From: Octopus vulgaris
Taxonomy: Eukaryota
Assembly: GCA_951406725.2 (NCBI GenBank)
Contig: OX597817.1
Coordinates: 22,506,001 to 22,570,000, forward strand
Direction of reading: 5' to 3'
Length of the DNA: 64,000 bases
Part shown: in pieces, positions 50,769 to 64,000 of the stretch
Numbering within the stretch: the first letter of the stretch is position 1
Layout: each line of letters starts with the position of its first letter
Notes under the pieces: model-generated
What the model was told of the DNA's origin: nothing
Database searches by the model: none
The model's input: the letters and a program-made list of their open reading frames with translations, nothing else
Made by a program: the position numbers and the translations under genes

Positions 50769-52790
50769 TATGTAAAAATAGAAACAAAAATTAAAATATA
50801 AATTCAATATAATTTGACAAGAATGGAAACTCAAACTGGAAAACAAACGGATAATGTATTCGGGGCACCCAGTACAAAACCCGCAACTATCCTGAGGCAT
50901 CAAGGGTAAATGTTTCTCCCATTCTTTCTACCAACCAACAATGGCATAGCAAAGGTCCATTCCGGTAAGCCAATTGCATGACCCTCACTTTCCTGTATCA
51001 AAACTTACTGGAGTGCTACGCTTTCTTCTCCACGCTCATGTTAATCTTCAGGCCATACTTAAAGAAGCTGGGGAGAGGTTAACTTCGTTGGAAAAGCTGT
51101 GTTTCTCAAAAATTTGAGCTACATGCGTCGCATAGTTTCCTTCGTATTAGGCACAAAGAAAAGAAAATAACTCTCTCTTCCTTGCTAAATGTGTGATGGA
51201 TTTATATTTATAACCGGCGTACATCACACTTTAGCATAAAGCTAAATTACAATGCATTGAGTCTGAGCTAATAGAAATGCTGACAACTGGCAACCAAATC
51301 CGCTACTATTTAAATTTCAGAAGAAAAACATATAAACATTTGACTCTGCTATTATGAAATACCAATTTGATTTAATTCAACTGATTTTCTCCTTTCTTAT
51401 TGCATGACTAAATCGTCTTAAACAATTGAAACCGTTGTCATATTTTGGTAAACCATATCAGTATTTTCTTCATTAATTCATGATGCAGCTCTCAAAGCAT
51501 TTTCTTCTTTTGGACTTTAAGGAAGCACGTATTCACACACACACATGAATATATGTGCATGTGTATGTGTATATATATATCCATCCACATATATATACCT
51601 ATATATACACACACATATATATATGTATATATATGTATACATTGGAATATATTTATATATACATACACATATATATATCTTAAATATGTGTATGTGTATA
51701 TATATATCTATATACATACATTCATACATACATAGACACACACAAAAACACACGCAAACACACGTATATATACACACATACATACACATACATATCTGTG
51801 AGCGTTTGTGTGTTTATGAATGTATCTGCGACAATCAATATTTATTGTCTTTATGTTTGTCTTTATGTAGAGTCTTATAAGCAATCGGTCATATATTTAT
51901 TGAAAGATCTCTTAGTACCCTCAAGTAGAGCATCACATTTTTAAAATAAAGAAATGTTTGACTGGGACTTCGAATATCGACTTAGTTGCTGTCTTCAAAC
52001 AAAGGCGAATTATTGGAAAGTTCAAAGTTTTTAGCAACCTACTTCTTGTAAAAATGGTACAGACGCATATATTGTCTTTTTCTTATATTTAGAACAATAT
52101 TTGTCTGATGTATATCTTTTCACATCTTTGAACGAAATAAATAGCATTTAAAAGAAAAATTGTAAGTTATAAAACATGATATTACTTTGATTTGGTCTTC
52201 CTGCTCAAAGGGATCTATATTGCTTTCATACGTTTCAGATTCTGTTTACTAACATATGTCATGACAGCAAAACTTAGACTACGCATTCGTAAATGAATCG
52301 AGGTTGTAGAGAGAGCAAGTAAATACAATGGATGAGAGGTAGGATGTGGGATCTTTGAAATTTGAGAAAGGATTTTGAATAAACAAAAATGCTAGTTCTA
52401 AAATCTCTCTAAAAAAAAATCAACGTAGTAGTTGTACTAATAAATAATATTCGTGGCCACTTCAACATGGCTGTCTGTTCGAACGGAACCTACTGCGATT
52501 TTTTAACTCCAAGAGGATCTCCTCTAGCTGGGTAACGATGCAGAGCTGCATCTGAAAAATTGCGAGCAAGGGAGGGAACATCTACCACCATCAAGCGACG
52601 GTACCAGCAGACAAGTTCTGGTTTTGTGCTATTTCTGCCCCACTTCAGTACCTTGTCTGCTATAGATGGTAGTAGCTCGCTTCTGCTCGCAATATATATA
52701 TTTCAATCGAACACACAGTCGCTGTTTTTGTAACAAGCAAAAATGAGAGTAACAGAGAGGGTAAAGAGAAAGGCAAAGAGAGAGAGAAAA

Positions 52791-52841
<51 letters not shown>

Positions 52842-52845
<4 letters not shown>

Positions 52846-53200
52846 AGCCATATGGTGTCGGATTGTGTCCCACTACGTGGCACCTTGAGCAATTGTCTTC
52901 TAATATAGCTGCGGGCCTACTAAAGCCTTCTGAGTCGATTTGGCAGACGGTAACTGAAAGAAGCCCGTCGTATACATGTGTATATGTGTGTGTGTATGTC
53001 TTTCTGTCTGTGCTTGTCTCACCATCACCACTTGACAACTGGTGTTGGTGAGTTTACGCCTCCGTAACGTAACGTTTCGACAAAAGAGACCGCTAGAATA
53101 AGTATTAGGCTATAAAAATTCCTGGGGTCAATTTGTTCGACTAAGACCCTTCAAGATGGTGCTCCAGGCTGGCTGCAGTCAAATGACTCAAACAAGCAAA
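52842..53200 (+). mobile_element. Diverged SINE family B
   Basis: Colinear with the B consensus; 5' truncated. Confidence 0.8.
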
Positions 53201-53209
53201 TGAATAATA

Positions 53210-53430
53210 TATTTCTTTACTACCCACAAGGGGCTAAACATAAAGGGGACAAACAAGGACAGACAAACGGATTAAGTCGATTACATCGACCCCAGTGCGT
53301 AACTGGTACTTAATTTATCGACCCCGAAAGGATGAAAGGCAAAGTCGACCTCGGCGGAATTTGAACCCAGAACGCAACGGCAGACGAAATACGGCTACGC
53401 ATTTCGCCCGGCGTGCTAACGTTTCTGCCA
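53210..53430 (-). mobile_element. SINE family A
   Basis: Consensus match. Confidence 0.92.
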
Positions 53431-53451
53431 ATAAAAAGCAAAAGAATAATA

Positions 53452-53602
<151 letters not shown>

Positions 53603-55177
53603 TTGTGGGGTCAGTCATTAGTGTTACTGGTAATATGAAATTCAGTACAACTTATTGTGAGTCGTTGGTGACTAGATTGGTCGCTGCAACTAAGGTTGTC
53701 TTGTGAGGAGTGTTTCAAGTAACCCAGCAGGATTAAATATGCGACCAGTGATTAGGTCGGGTGAACCTAATGTAGGCTCCACGGATATCCAGCAATTGCA
53801 CAGGATCTAAAAAAATTCAGTAGTTGTGCAGAGTGGTGGAAGACCACGGAGAGTGAGGCACGCTTTATCTTCTTTTAAATCATGTCACTGGGAGAAAGTC
53901 ACTCTGATATAGAATTAGCTATGCAGGGAATGGTATTGCACATTTAGAGGATCTTTTGCCTGCGCTTGAGATCATGGCACCCCCACGCCTCTGAGCTGCG
54001 ATCCATATGGACGCCGGATATCTTGCCCTGGCTTGTCTTTGGAACATGCTAGTAGAATGGAGAGTCTTTGAGATTCTGTGCAAGGCTAATTGGACCTAAA
54101 ACTTTAGGTAGTGGAATCACCGGCGTCGCAAGTATAAGATCCCCACGTTGAGTAGTAGGGCGTCGCGGCGAGCATGGAAGCAGCGAACATGAACCCGGGT
54201 GAAACCTATTGCTGATGCAATAACCTCATGCACAATCATTGCTGGCATTTTAAATGGGTAATGGTCAGTATTGAACCTTCTCAGTCATTATTGATCAGCC
54301 ATCACCAACATATCATCATATCATATCAAAGGTTGATAGTCTGATTAGAATCTGGCCCTGTATTTGGCTGTTTACGACTGCTTTGGTGATAGACCTCTCT
54401 ATATCAAGAGTAACGTTTGCCTAAATAACAAAAAACGATTTGCTTCTTAACAGAATGGGGCATAATAACATAGAGTAGTTTGCAAATGTACGTGCCGATA
54501 GAGCAAATAGATATTTGGCCGTCAGTAACCCGTCAATGGCTATGTGACCACTTAGCTTACAAAAATCGAATTTACTTTTTTAACATTTTATTCAAGGGAG
54601 AAGGTGAAGTGTTCATGAGTTTGACGGTACTTATTGAAGTGAATTCACTGTATTTGAAAAGTAGTATTGTAGAATAGAATTAGTTACTGCAGCAACCTAC
54701 AACAATACTAAAAAAGTTATACGTTTAATATCAACTTAAAAAAATATTTGTTGCTTTCCATCGACAGACCTCCCTGGGAGAAAATATTATGTCTTCAGTT
54801 TAACGTCATGGGCAACCAATCATATCTCTTGCTTCAGTGAACCACAGCAGACTGAAACAAAATATAATGATTTATGGTGAACAGAAACGTCTATTTGGAT
54901 TATCTGCGCCTAATAGTTAAAGACTCCTATGTTGTAATTGTTATGCAATATGCCCACACTAATCAAATAGAGGGTCCTATGTGCTCTTACTTGGTCAGCC
55001 AGAACAAGCAGCCGAAGGCTCCTTAAATCACTGACTATTGTCTTAAAAAAAAAGGAAAGAACGTATTCGACAAATTAACCATAGATAAATCACAAAAGTC
55101 TGAACGACAGTACATTCCCCCCTAGAATGATGATATTTAAGCACTCAATTAACAATAACATCTATAATTAAATATAA

Positions 55178-55396
55178 GGTTCTTTATTGGCCACACAGGG
55201 CTGCACACAGATGGGACAAGTTACAAGGTAGAGCTTTTCTTTTGGGGGATGAAAAAATAAAACAAAAAACAAAAAACATAGGAAACAAAAAAAAAGGGTG
55301 GCGTAGGTTTTCGATCAAAAAGGATCGTAAAAGGGGGGGAAAAAACAAAAATTAAAAAAAAGGAAAAGGAACAAAAGAAAAGAGAAATGAAAAAAA
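55178..55396 (-). mobile_element. Short retro-insertion, probably a LINE 3' UTR, whose tail resembles that of SINE-A
   Basis: TSD AATTAAATATAA (55166-55177 and 55397-55408); minus strand ends CCTTGTAACTTGTCCCATCTGTGTGCAGCCCTGTGTGGCCAATAAAGAA. Confidence 0.65.
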
Positions 55397-56602
55397 AATT
55401 AAATATAATTAGACATATATATGATAAGTAAATGAAGGCTTTCACTGTAAATAGCATAGCAGGCGAAGAGTGATTCGTAACCATCATTGGCCGAACTCCA
55501 CTCTGAAGATTGTGATAAACAGCTATGACGCACTAACCCCTCCTGAACTAAAGTTTATCACCGACTGATGTATGCATTTGCTTAGAGAACGGCAACAGAA
55601 TGACATTAACATATTGTTGTCTGAAATACATTACGGTTTAATTATCAAGAAGCAGTCCGGTATCTTAGTAATGTTATTTGCAATAACGTCTCTCTCTCTT
55701 TTGCTTCTCTGGAAGACAGCTGCCCTTTCCCAAAGGCTGTTGTTTATTCAGGTACCTTGCAAAATAAATTTGAACTTATTCCTAACGCTCTTTTCCGCAA
55801 TCGTAACTTAGACAGATTTGTTGTTATGCACCTGCTGTCATTGCAGGATTTGTCTCCTTGCCTCCAGCTCCACTTTCAAATTAAGAAAAAAAAATCTAGC
55901 TCTGTCTTTATATGTCTACATACACACACACACACACACACACACACTCACTCACATACATACGCACACAAGTACACTCATAAAAACATATGCACTCAGC
56001 CACACGCGCGAATACACGCAACCCACTTCTGTGCACACACAGTAACGTAACTTGTTATTAAAAATCTGAGATAGTATCCCTGCTGCTATTCAGTTTCGCC
56101 TTACCAGTAGACATGCAACTGGTTTTGTTTACAGAGGCTATGAAGTTTATAGAGCGGAAATGTATACTTAAACATGCCTTAGTGGTTGTAGTTTTGGGTT
56201 CATGATTGTCAGGTTATGGGTTCGAATTCTGAACTGGGCAGCAGGTTCTGTTCTTGAGCAAGGGACTTCATTTCATGTTGCATCAGTCTAGTCGTCTGCA
56301 ATTGAGGACCAAGCAAATACTAGTGCGGCTTTCTCTTACATCAGTGGTTACATTCTGGATGTTTCGCTTGGTTGATTTCGAGGGTGGAGTGGATGTCTAT
56401 GGCTTCTTACGATTACATAGACGCTTACGATAAGAAGCGAAAGTGTGTTACAAATTAGGAGGTCATGTGAATGTAGAATAAGATTACTCGCACGCACACA
56501 CAGACACACATACACACGTGCATACATACATACATACATACATACATACATACATACATACATACAGACAGACAGACATACACATATATGTACTATACTT
56601 AG

Positions 56603-56832
56603 GGCGGCGAGCTGGTAGAAACGTTAGCACGCCGGGCGAAATTCGTAGCAGTATTTCGTCTGTCTTTACGTTCCGAGTTCAAATTCCGCCGAGGTCGACT
56701 TTGCCTTTCATCCTTTCGGGGTCGATAAATTAAGTACCAGTTACGCACTGGGGTCGATGTAATCGACTTAATCCCTTTGTATGTCCTTGTTTGTCCCCTC
56801 TATGTTTAGCCCCTTGTGGGTAGTAAAGAAAT
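56603..56832 (+). mobile_element. SINE family A
   Basis: Consensus match; TSD TATATGTACTATAC. Confidence 0.93.
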
Positions 56833-57016
56833 ATATATGTACTATACGTATCTTGGTTTATGTCGGGCGAAGGAGAAAGGAATGCTCAGTATATGTTGCT
56901 GAGTACGTTTTATTTTGGTTGAAACTGAAATCAAGTTTGTTTCATGACTGAAATTTCACGCCATTGCGATCTTCTGGCGAGAACTTTTACAACTTGATAT
57001 TTGTGATGTATAAAAA

Positions 57017-57247
57017 GGCGGCGAGCTGGCAGAAACGTTAGCACGTCGGGCGAAATGCGTAGCCGTATTTCATCTACCGTTACGTTCTGAGTTCAAATTC
57101 CGCCGAGGTCGACTTTGCCTTTCATCCTTTCGGGGTCGATAAATTAAGTACCAGTTACGCACTGGGGTCGATGGAATCGACTTAATCTGTTTGTCTGTAC
57201 TTGTTTGTCCCCTCTGTATTTAGCCCCTTGTGGGTAGTAAAGAAATA
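57017..57247 (+). mobile_element. SINE family A
   Basis: Consensus match; TSD GATATTTGTGATGTAT. Confidence 0.93.
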
Positions 57248-57466
57248 GATATTTGTGATGTATTTATTTTCTTTGTTTTGTGTGTGTTTGAACGTTTGTG
57301 CTTGTATTTGCTAACGGAACAAATTGACAACCCATAGCGAGTTTGTAGCAGTGCAATTCAATACGTCTCTTAGTATAATTAAATTAAAACAATATTGAAA
57401 TTAAAATTTCATAGTATTGAAAGTTTAGAAAATTGGTTCTGCTCGAATGATAACTATTTCATTACA

Positions 57467-57511
<45 letters not shown>

Positions 57512-57834
57512 GCAGCACGCACATACACGTACACATATGTATATGTATGTAAACAAAATAGGTCACTCATACACAAGGTGTATGAGTTGTTAGTTTGTGG
57601 GTCGGTTGTATTTTAGGTGTAAGAGATGCCTTTCAGTCAATCTGCATGTATATGTGTATGTAAGTGTGTATGTATGTGTATGTATATGTATGTATGTAAG
57701 AGGATATATTCTCTTGCGCCGAAAACGCAACCACCTAACAACACACCCCTCCTATTTGTGTGTGTTCGACTTTGTTTATATACCTAGTGTTGCATCTAAT
57801 TTCTATTCATTTTTGAATATATATATATATAGAT

Positions 57835-57888
<54 letters not shown>

Positions 57889-58285
57889 TTATATTTATAT
57901 ATATATATATATATACACACGCACGTTTCAAAAGCAGATGAACGCTCTCATTAAACCGCTTTGTTCGTGTGGACACTATTCTTTAGTAAGATGTTCAAAC
58001 GAGCTAAATTATTAAAAGCTTGATAAGGTATATCTATTAAATACTGGATTAGGCTGTTAAATGCATCAGATGACGTTATTTTGTCTCTAGAAAAGAAATT
58101 TCAAAATGAGGCTGTCTTCTCACTTTTGAGATGCCTCTCGGACTATCTGTATGTATATATGTATGTAAGTGTGTATGTATGTATGTATGTATGTATGTAT
58201 GTATGTATGTATGTATGTATGTCTCTGTGTGTATACCTACATTGTCTAACGCGTCCTTGTGCTTAATCTGTAGCACGCATCGCTA

Positions 58286-58459
58286 CAGGGAGTGGCTGTG
58301 TGGTAATTAGCTTGCTTACCAACCACATGATTCCGGGTTCAGTCCCACTGCGTGGCACCTTGGCCAAGTGTCTTCTACTATAGCCTCGGGCCAACCAAAG
58401 CCTTGTGAGTGGATTTGGTAGACGGAAACTGAAAGAAGCCTGTCGTATATATGTATAAA

Positions 58460-58507
<48 letters not shown>

Positions 58508-58713
58508 TGTGTCTGTGTTTGTCCCCCAACATCGCTTGACAACCGATGCTGGTGTGTTTACGTTCCTGTAATTTAGCTGTTCGGCAAAAGAAACCGATAG
58601 AATAAGTACTAGGCTTACAAAGAATAAGTCCTGGGGTCAATTTGCTCGACTAAAGGCGGTGCTCCAGCATGGCCACAGTCAAATGACTGAAACAAGTAAA
58701 AGAGTAAAAGAGT
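58286..58713 (+). mobile_element. SINE family B
   Basis: Full-length consensus match. Confidence 0.93.
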
Positions 58714-58899
58714 TTTGCTTACTGAGCGACTATGTATCAGCCTCATATGTGTTTGGTAGAGTAACGTATGAATCAGAAAGCTAGCGAGTTCTTAGCAGGT
58801 GGAAGAGAGACCGGAGAATAATAAGGAAATACTATTCTGTTCTTCATTTCTTCGAAAGGAATCTGATATCGAAATAAACTCTTTTATCTATCAACTCTC

Positions 58900-59600
58900 T
58901 ACGACGTTGAATGATGGTGCCAAGAGAAAGAGTAGTAAATCTGTCAAAGAGGTTAGGTCAACGCTTCATTGTAGAATTGTTGTCACCAATTTTGCCGAAC
59001 TTTTGCGAAGATGGAAAGCTGTTAATTTATAGAGTTGCTATCTGCTGTTTTTAACTGCAGGGTCAAAATCAGGCGGATATCCTTTTAACTGCAATTCATT
59101 CTGTTACATTATGTATTAGGAATTTGATAGGTGTTGATGTAATTAAATTTTAGACATCGTCTGACTAGTGTAATGAAATGACTTTCTAAGCTTATAAATG
59201 AAGATAGAATTTCTTTGAAAAGAGTGTTAATTAATTTGGGTTGAGTTTCGCACATTCATCATTTGAAAGCAGAGATATTTATCAAATTTGAAAACATGTT
59301 TTGTTTTCATAGAATCTAATTCAGACGCAATGCTGAATGGTTTGACCTAAGTCAGTTAAAATAATAATTTAGAACTGTAAGAAAAAAAATAACTGACACA
59401 TAGCGAGAGTAAACTATTTTAAATAAATATTTATTTAGTGTAAGCACAATACCCATTTTCCTTCCAGGGATTAATTCAATACAATGGATATACTATCCAA
59501 AGGTGCTCTTTAACATATCCATTATTCATTGCACTGTTACTAGTTAGGGAAAATGTCAGCAAAACTGAAGATCAACTAACTACGTTTTGCAAATTGAATC
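58900..59600 (-). pseudogene. Highly decayed Penelope-like RT remnant
   Basis: Minus-strand pieces APLDSIS (GAPMGS-like), YSRYVSVIF (YxRYVDDIF-like) and LQLKGYPPDF (L..NGYP) occur in the expected order. Confidence 0.4.
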
Positions 59601-60052
59601 TTTATAAAAATACACTCAACAATAAGTCACGGTATAAAGTGATAAAAAAAGAAATGATTTCGCTCGAAGTATAACAGCTAGCACAAGATTTAAATTGACA
59701 AGCTATACTAGAATTTAAACTTCTCTCCACAATACATATATAAACTCATGTAACTACGAGAATTTCAAGTGAAGATAATTAAATGAAAAATCAAATGATT
59801 ACAATTAATTTTACCAAAAGATTCAGGGTGTCTTGAGAGTGAACCGAAATTAATTAATTAAAATGAATCTATCCATACACCTGCAAAAACAATGTTCATC
59901 ATATATCTCTAACACCATAAAACAACGAGTTAGTGACTACCTAAAGTTAGATAATAGAATATTTAGATCGATCCACCTTCATAAGTAAATTATTCTTACA
60001 TTGATATAGAAGAAAAAATGTGATGTTCTCTCGTTAGTAGTTATACTAAAGT

Positions 60053-60402
60053 GGAGGCGCAATGGCCCAGTGGTTAGGGCAGCGGACTCGCGGTTTCGAT
60101 TCCCAGACCGGGCGTTGTGAGTGTTTATTGAGCGAAAACACCTAAAGCTCCACGAGGCTCCGGCAGGGGATGGTGGTGATCCCTGCTGTACTCTTTCACC
60201 ACAACTTTCTCTCACTCTTACTTCCTGTTTCCGGGCCGGCCTTGTCACTCTCTGTGTCACGTTGAATATCCCCGAGAACTACGTTAAGGGTGCACGTGTC
60301 TGTGGAGTGCTCAGCCACTTGCACGTTAATTTCACGAGTAGGCTGTTCCGTTGATTCGGATCAACCGGAACCCTCGTCATCGTAACCGACGGAGTGCTTC
60401 CA
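60053..60402 (+). mobile_element. SINE family C
   Basis: Matches the copy at 27995, with two short internal deletions. Confidence 0.92.
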
Positions 60403-60987
60403 CCATTGTATATGAATTCCTTTAAGTTGATACCTGTGGGGAAAAACATATGGGTTCCAGCGACAGCTGTCCTTTCTGATTTGGAAGGATTGAAAAACTA
60501 TATTATGGAATTTTGTGGATTGAGACACTATCTTTCTAAGCGGAGATAAGTGAAGTGCGGTCTAGATTGTAAACTTGTGCAGACGCACAGAAGACATAAA
60601 TATTGATAGAAGTAACATGAGACAAATAATACGTATTTGAGTCAACGTTTATTACGAGATGTTACACGATGATTATTACGTCTTTCCGTGGTATCAACAA
60701 CGCCATTCTAGATATCTGATCAGTACTGTTATGTAAGGCCCAGTTGTGCTTTGTGGGAGTTAGTACCTAATCAGGCCTAGATTATCTTTTGATTCGGATG
60801 AGGACGTTTAACTGATGGGATATAAATTCCATTGATATAAAAATAGGTAAGAAAACTGTTTCAGTTGGGTTAGATTATTTACTAGCTTAATGACAAAACG
60901 TGGCATTTATACTAAATAGTCTTCGCAAGGTTAAGTAAAAGTACCGTTTTCTTTAAACTATTAAAAATTGAGTGGAAAACACATATA

Positions 60988-61370
60988 TGGAAGCACTCCG
61001 TCGGTTACGACGACAAGGGTTCCGGTTGATCCGAATCAACGGAACAGCCTGCTCGTGAAATTAATGTGTAAGTGGCTGAGCACTCCACAGACACATGTAC
61101 CCTTAACGTAGTTCTCGGGGTTATTCAGCGTGACACAGATAGTGAAAAGGCCGGCCCTTTGAAATACAGGTACAACAGAAACAGGAAGTAAGAGTGAGAG
61201 AAAGTTGTGGTGAAAGAGTACAGCAGGGATCACCACCATCCCCTGCCGGAGCGTCGTGGAGCTTTAGGTGTTTTCGCTCAATAAACACTCACAACACCCG
61301 GTCTGGGAATCGAAACCGCGATCCTATGACCGCGAGTCCGCTGCCCTAACCACTGGGCCATTGCGTCTAC
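60988..61370 (-). mobile_element. SINE family C
   Basis: Full-length reverse match; TSD GGAAAACACATATA. Confidence 0.92.
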
Positions 61371-61954
61371 ACAGGAAAACACATATATACACAATCTGCT
61401 ACTTACAAATGTATGACAATAGATGAATACCAGTAAATGAAATAGAAATACAATCATTTTAAAATAATTTTTCGGTAAATTTAAAGCACGCCTTTTGCTT
61501 TTCGTCTATTTTATGTTTAACTCTCAATTGCTCTACTGTCTGCGCAAAGGTGTTTTATTTCTGCAAGCAAATTTAACTTCGGGTCAAGAGATAAGACTGT
61601 TCTCCACAAGGATTTGTTTTTAGACATATAACGAATAAGCTATCTTTAATATTGTTTATAATATTAGATTTATTCTAATTTCAAATTATTGCATCTTGTT
61701 TCTTTTATTTCTCTTCCCCCTTCTTCTCCCATGGAATTTCTTATTGTTTTGCGATTTTTCGAAAAGACTACATTTCAGTACATCTTTTTTGTTTTTTTTA
61801 AGACGGTGGCATATGATTTTTATCGGAGAGTATACGTGAACAGAGAATCTTTTCTCACTACGTAGAGTTGATCTTATTACATTTTGCCACAATTTATAAT
61901 CGAATAACATAGCCGATTCACAGAGATAAAGAGAGATAGAGAGAGCGAGAGAGC

Positions 61955-61995
<41 letters not shown>

Positions 61996-62811
61996 TGAGA
62001 GAGAGAAAGAGACATTGAGTGAGTGGGAGTGAGAAAGATGGCGGGAAGGAATAGCATTTGTGCCTGGCCTGTACTTTACAACTCTCGAAAGATATAAGGT
62101 AAAGTTAGCGTGGGCGTATTTTGAATAACAACGATTAAAATTATATGCATCTTAAATTAATTTCACCAAAACTAGGGTACATCACCAATAATGAAATAAT
62201 TAAAATGACAATAATGATAAAGATGAAAGGATGAAAGCTTCCTTAAATTTAACGAAATGGGAAATAAAAGAAAGGAGTGAATTAAGTTACATCTTCTGTT
62301 GTTGTATCTTTCATCTCCAGAACAATAATTTTCTCGGCTTAGGCATTATTCTTAACAATTAAACGTACATGTGACTATCCATCCTGAACGTTAACTATTT
62401 CAATCTCATGATGTCGTTGTTTTATTCTTTTGGAAAATATGTACAAGCTATGAGCAACGACTTGGCGTCACCTTCAATTTAAGTGATACGAGAATAAACT
62501 GAAAAAAATAATTAACATTTTTCAAAAATTGCAGCTGTTTTATTTGTTCTTAAGCAGAGATACTTATTTGAATAATTTACAATTTCTATTTCCATTTCGA
62601 CCCTTGATCTCATCGTAGTCATATTTTGCATTTTCATTTTCTTAGCTAATGTTTAACATGACCTTCCCAACCTCACATTTATAGTTGAAAACAGAATGTT
62701 GGTCATTGAAGAATTGCTAATAGGTTACACAAATATACGTATAAAAATACAATCATGTTAACACACAGGCATACACACACAGGCATACACATACATACAT
62801 ACATACATACA

Positions 62812-62847
<36 letters not shown>

Positions 62848-63145
62848 TATATATACACACGCGTATTTATGAGTGTGCGGATGTGTGTATACGTTTATAA
62901 ATCGCTATAATATACTCCAGAAGATACCTACAGATTTTAGTCTAAACTGTATATTACGACGAACGTAAACAATACATAGATATAAACAATATCTCCGTGA
63001 ACAGGAAGTAGCGGACATGCATGTTTGGAAACTTTGTTGAGATTTCGCCACAGACTGTTCACCCGCTTTTACGGATTACCATGGTTATTAGAGGCTTAAG
63101 TAAGCAGCTGGCTTGAACATTTAATAAATGATATGTTAATAATAT

Positions 63146-63353
63146 GGCGAGCTGGCGGCACCGTTAGCACGCCTGGCGAAATGCGTAGCCGTATTTCGTC
63201 TGCCGTTACGTTCTGAGTTCAAATTCCGCCGAGGTCAACTTTGCCTTTCATCCTTTCGAGGTCGATAAATTAAGTACCAGTTACGCACTGGGGTCGATAT
63301 AATCGACTTGATCAGTTCGTCTGTCCTTGTTTGTCCTTGGGTAGTAAAAAAAT
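63146..63353 (+). mobile_element. SINE family A
   Basis: Consensus match with a deletion in the tail. Confidence 0.9.
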
Positions 63354-63372
63354 AGGTATGTTAACAATATGT

Positions 63373-63623
63373 GGAGACACATGGCCTAGTGGTTAGAGCA
63401 GCGGACTCGTGGTCGAGGGATCACGAGTTCGAATCTCAGACAAGGCGATGTGTGTGTTTATGAGCGAAATACCTAAGCTCCACGCGGCTCCGGCAGTACG
63501 TAATGGCGAATTTCTGCTGAATCTTCCGCCACAACTTTCTATCACTCTTTCCTTCTGCATCTTGAAGCTCACCTGCGACGGACTGGCCTTTATGAGCCAA
63601 GCATGGCTCGAGAAGGAACAAAC
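63373..63623 (+). mobile_element. SINE family C (short subfamily)
   Basis: Colinear with the copy at 4420; TSD TGTTAACAATAT. Confidence 0.88.
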
Positions 63624-64000
63624 GTGTTAACAATATATCAGTTAATTTTTACAATGTATTGTAGAATATACCAGTAGATTCATTATTAGCAACGGAAGCT
63701 ATATTAGTAAAAATTATCGATCTGAATCTTGTACTTAAAGCATATATACTGTTAAAACCTCCTAAACTGCAGTATTCGTTTTAGCAAAGCATCTATTATA
63801 GACCTATATTGTTAAAACCACGGAGATATATCAGAATTAGGCGTACATTATGCTAGGGCAGTTGTAGCATCGCTAAATCACGATTTCTGCTTTTGTTTTC
63901 TAACTTCATTAGTTGCAAGTTTTCACAGACATAGCCAAGCCCCTATTGCACGAGTAATGTTAGCTAAACCTCTCCATATTACATCATTCGCGAGAAAACA

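Overview
AT-rich, microsatellite-saturated eukaryotic DNA. The repeat content looks like an octopus (cephalopod) genome; this is recognition from memory, not a database result. There are no bacterial genes, no CRISPR array and no complete host gene. Almost all ORF-track entries are translations of (TA)n/(CA)n/(TACA)n microsatellites or of SINEs. Main content: (1) three tRNA-derived SINE families, labelled A, B and C here, with about 28 clear copies; (2) a stack of R4/Dong-clade non-LTR retrotransposon pieces in one (AAT)n-rich stretch at 25.9-31.1 kb, one retaining an uninterrupted zinc-knuckle plus RLE endonuclease frame; (3) remnants of mariner, Helitron, Penelope-like, RTE and CR1/Jockey-like elements; (4) a candidate Pol II promoter and first exon at 11.5-11.9 kb (CCAAT boxes, E-box, TATA, uORF, ATG...MVSSKYNLRDY, GTGAGT donor), beside a change from CpG-decayed to CpG-intact DNA; (5) several unexplained long inverted repeats, the best being a ~105-bp-arm hairpin at 48.3-48.5 kb; (6) two degenerate Penelope-type hammerhead cores; (7) a short retro-insertion whose 3' end matches the SINE-A tail, a possible partner LINE. 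I cannot show a new biological system from sequence alone. The best leads are the multi-family AAT retroelement stack with a shared 3' stem-loop, the 48 kb hairpin, and the uORF-bearing first exon.
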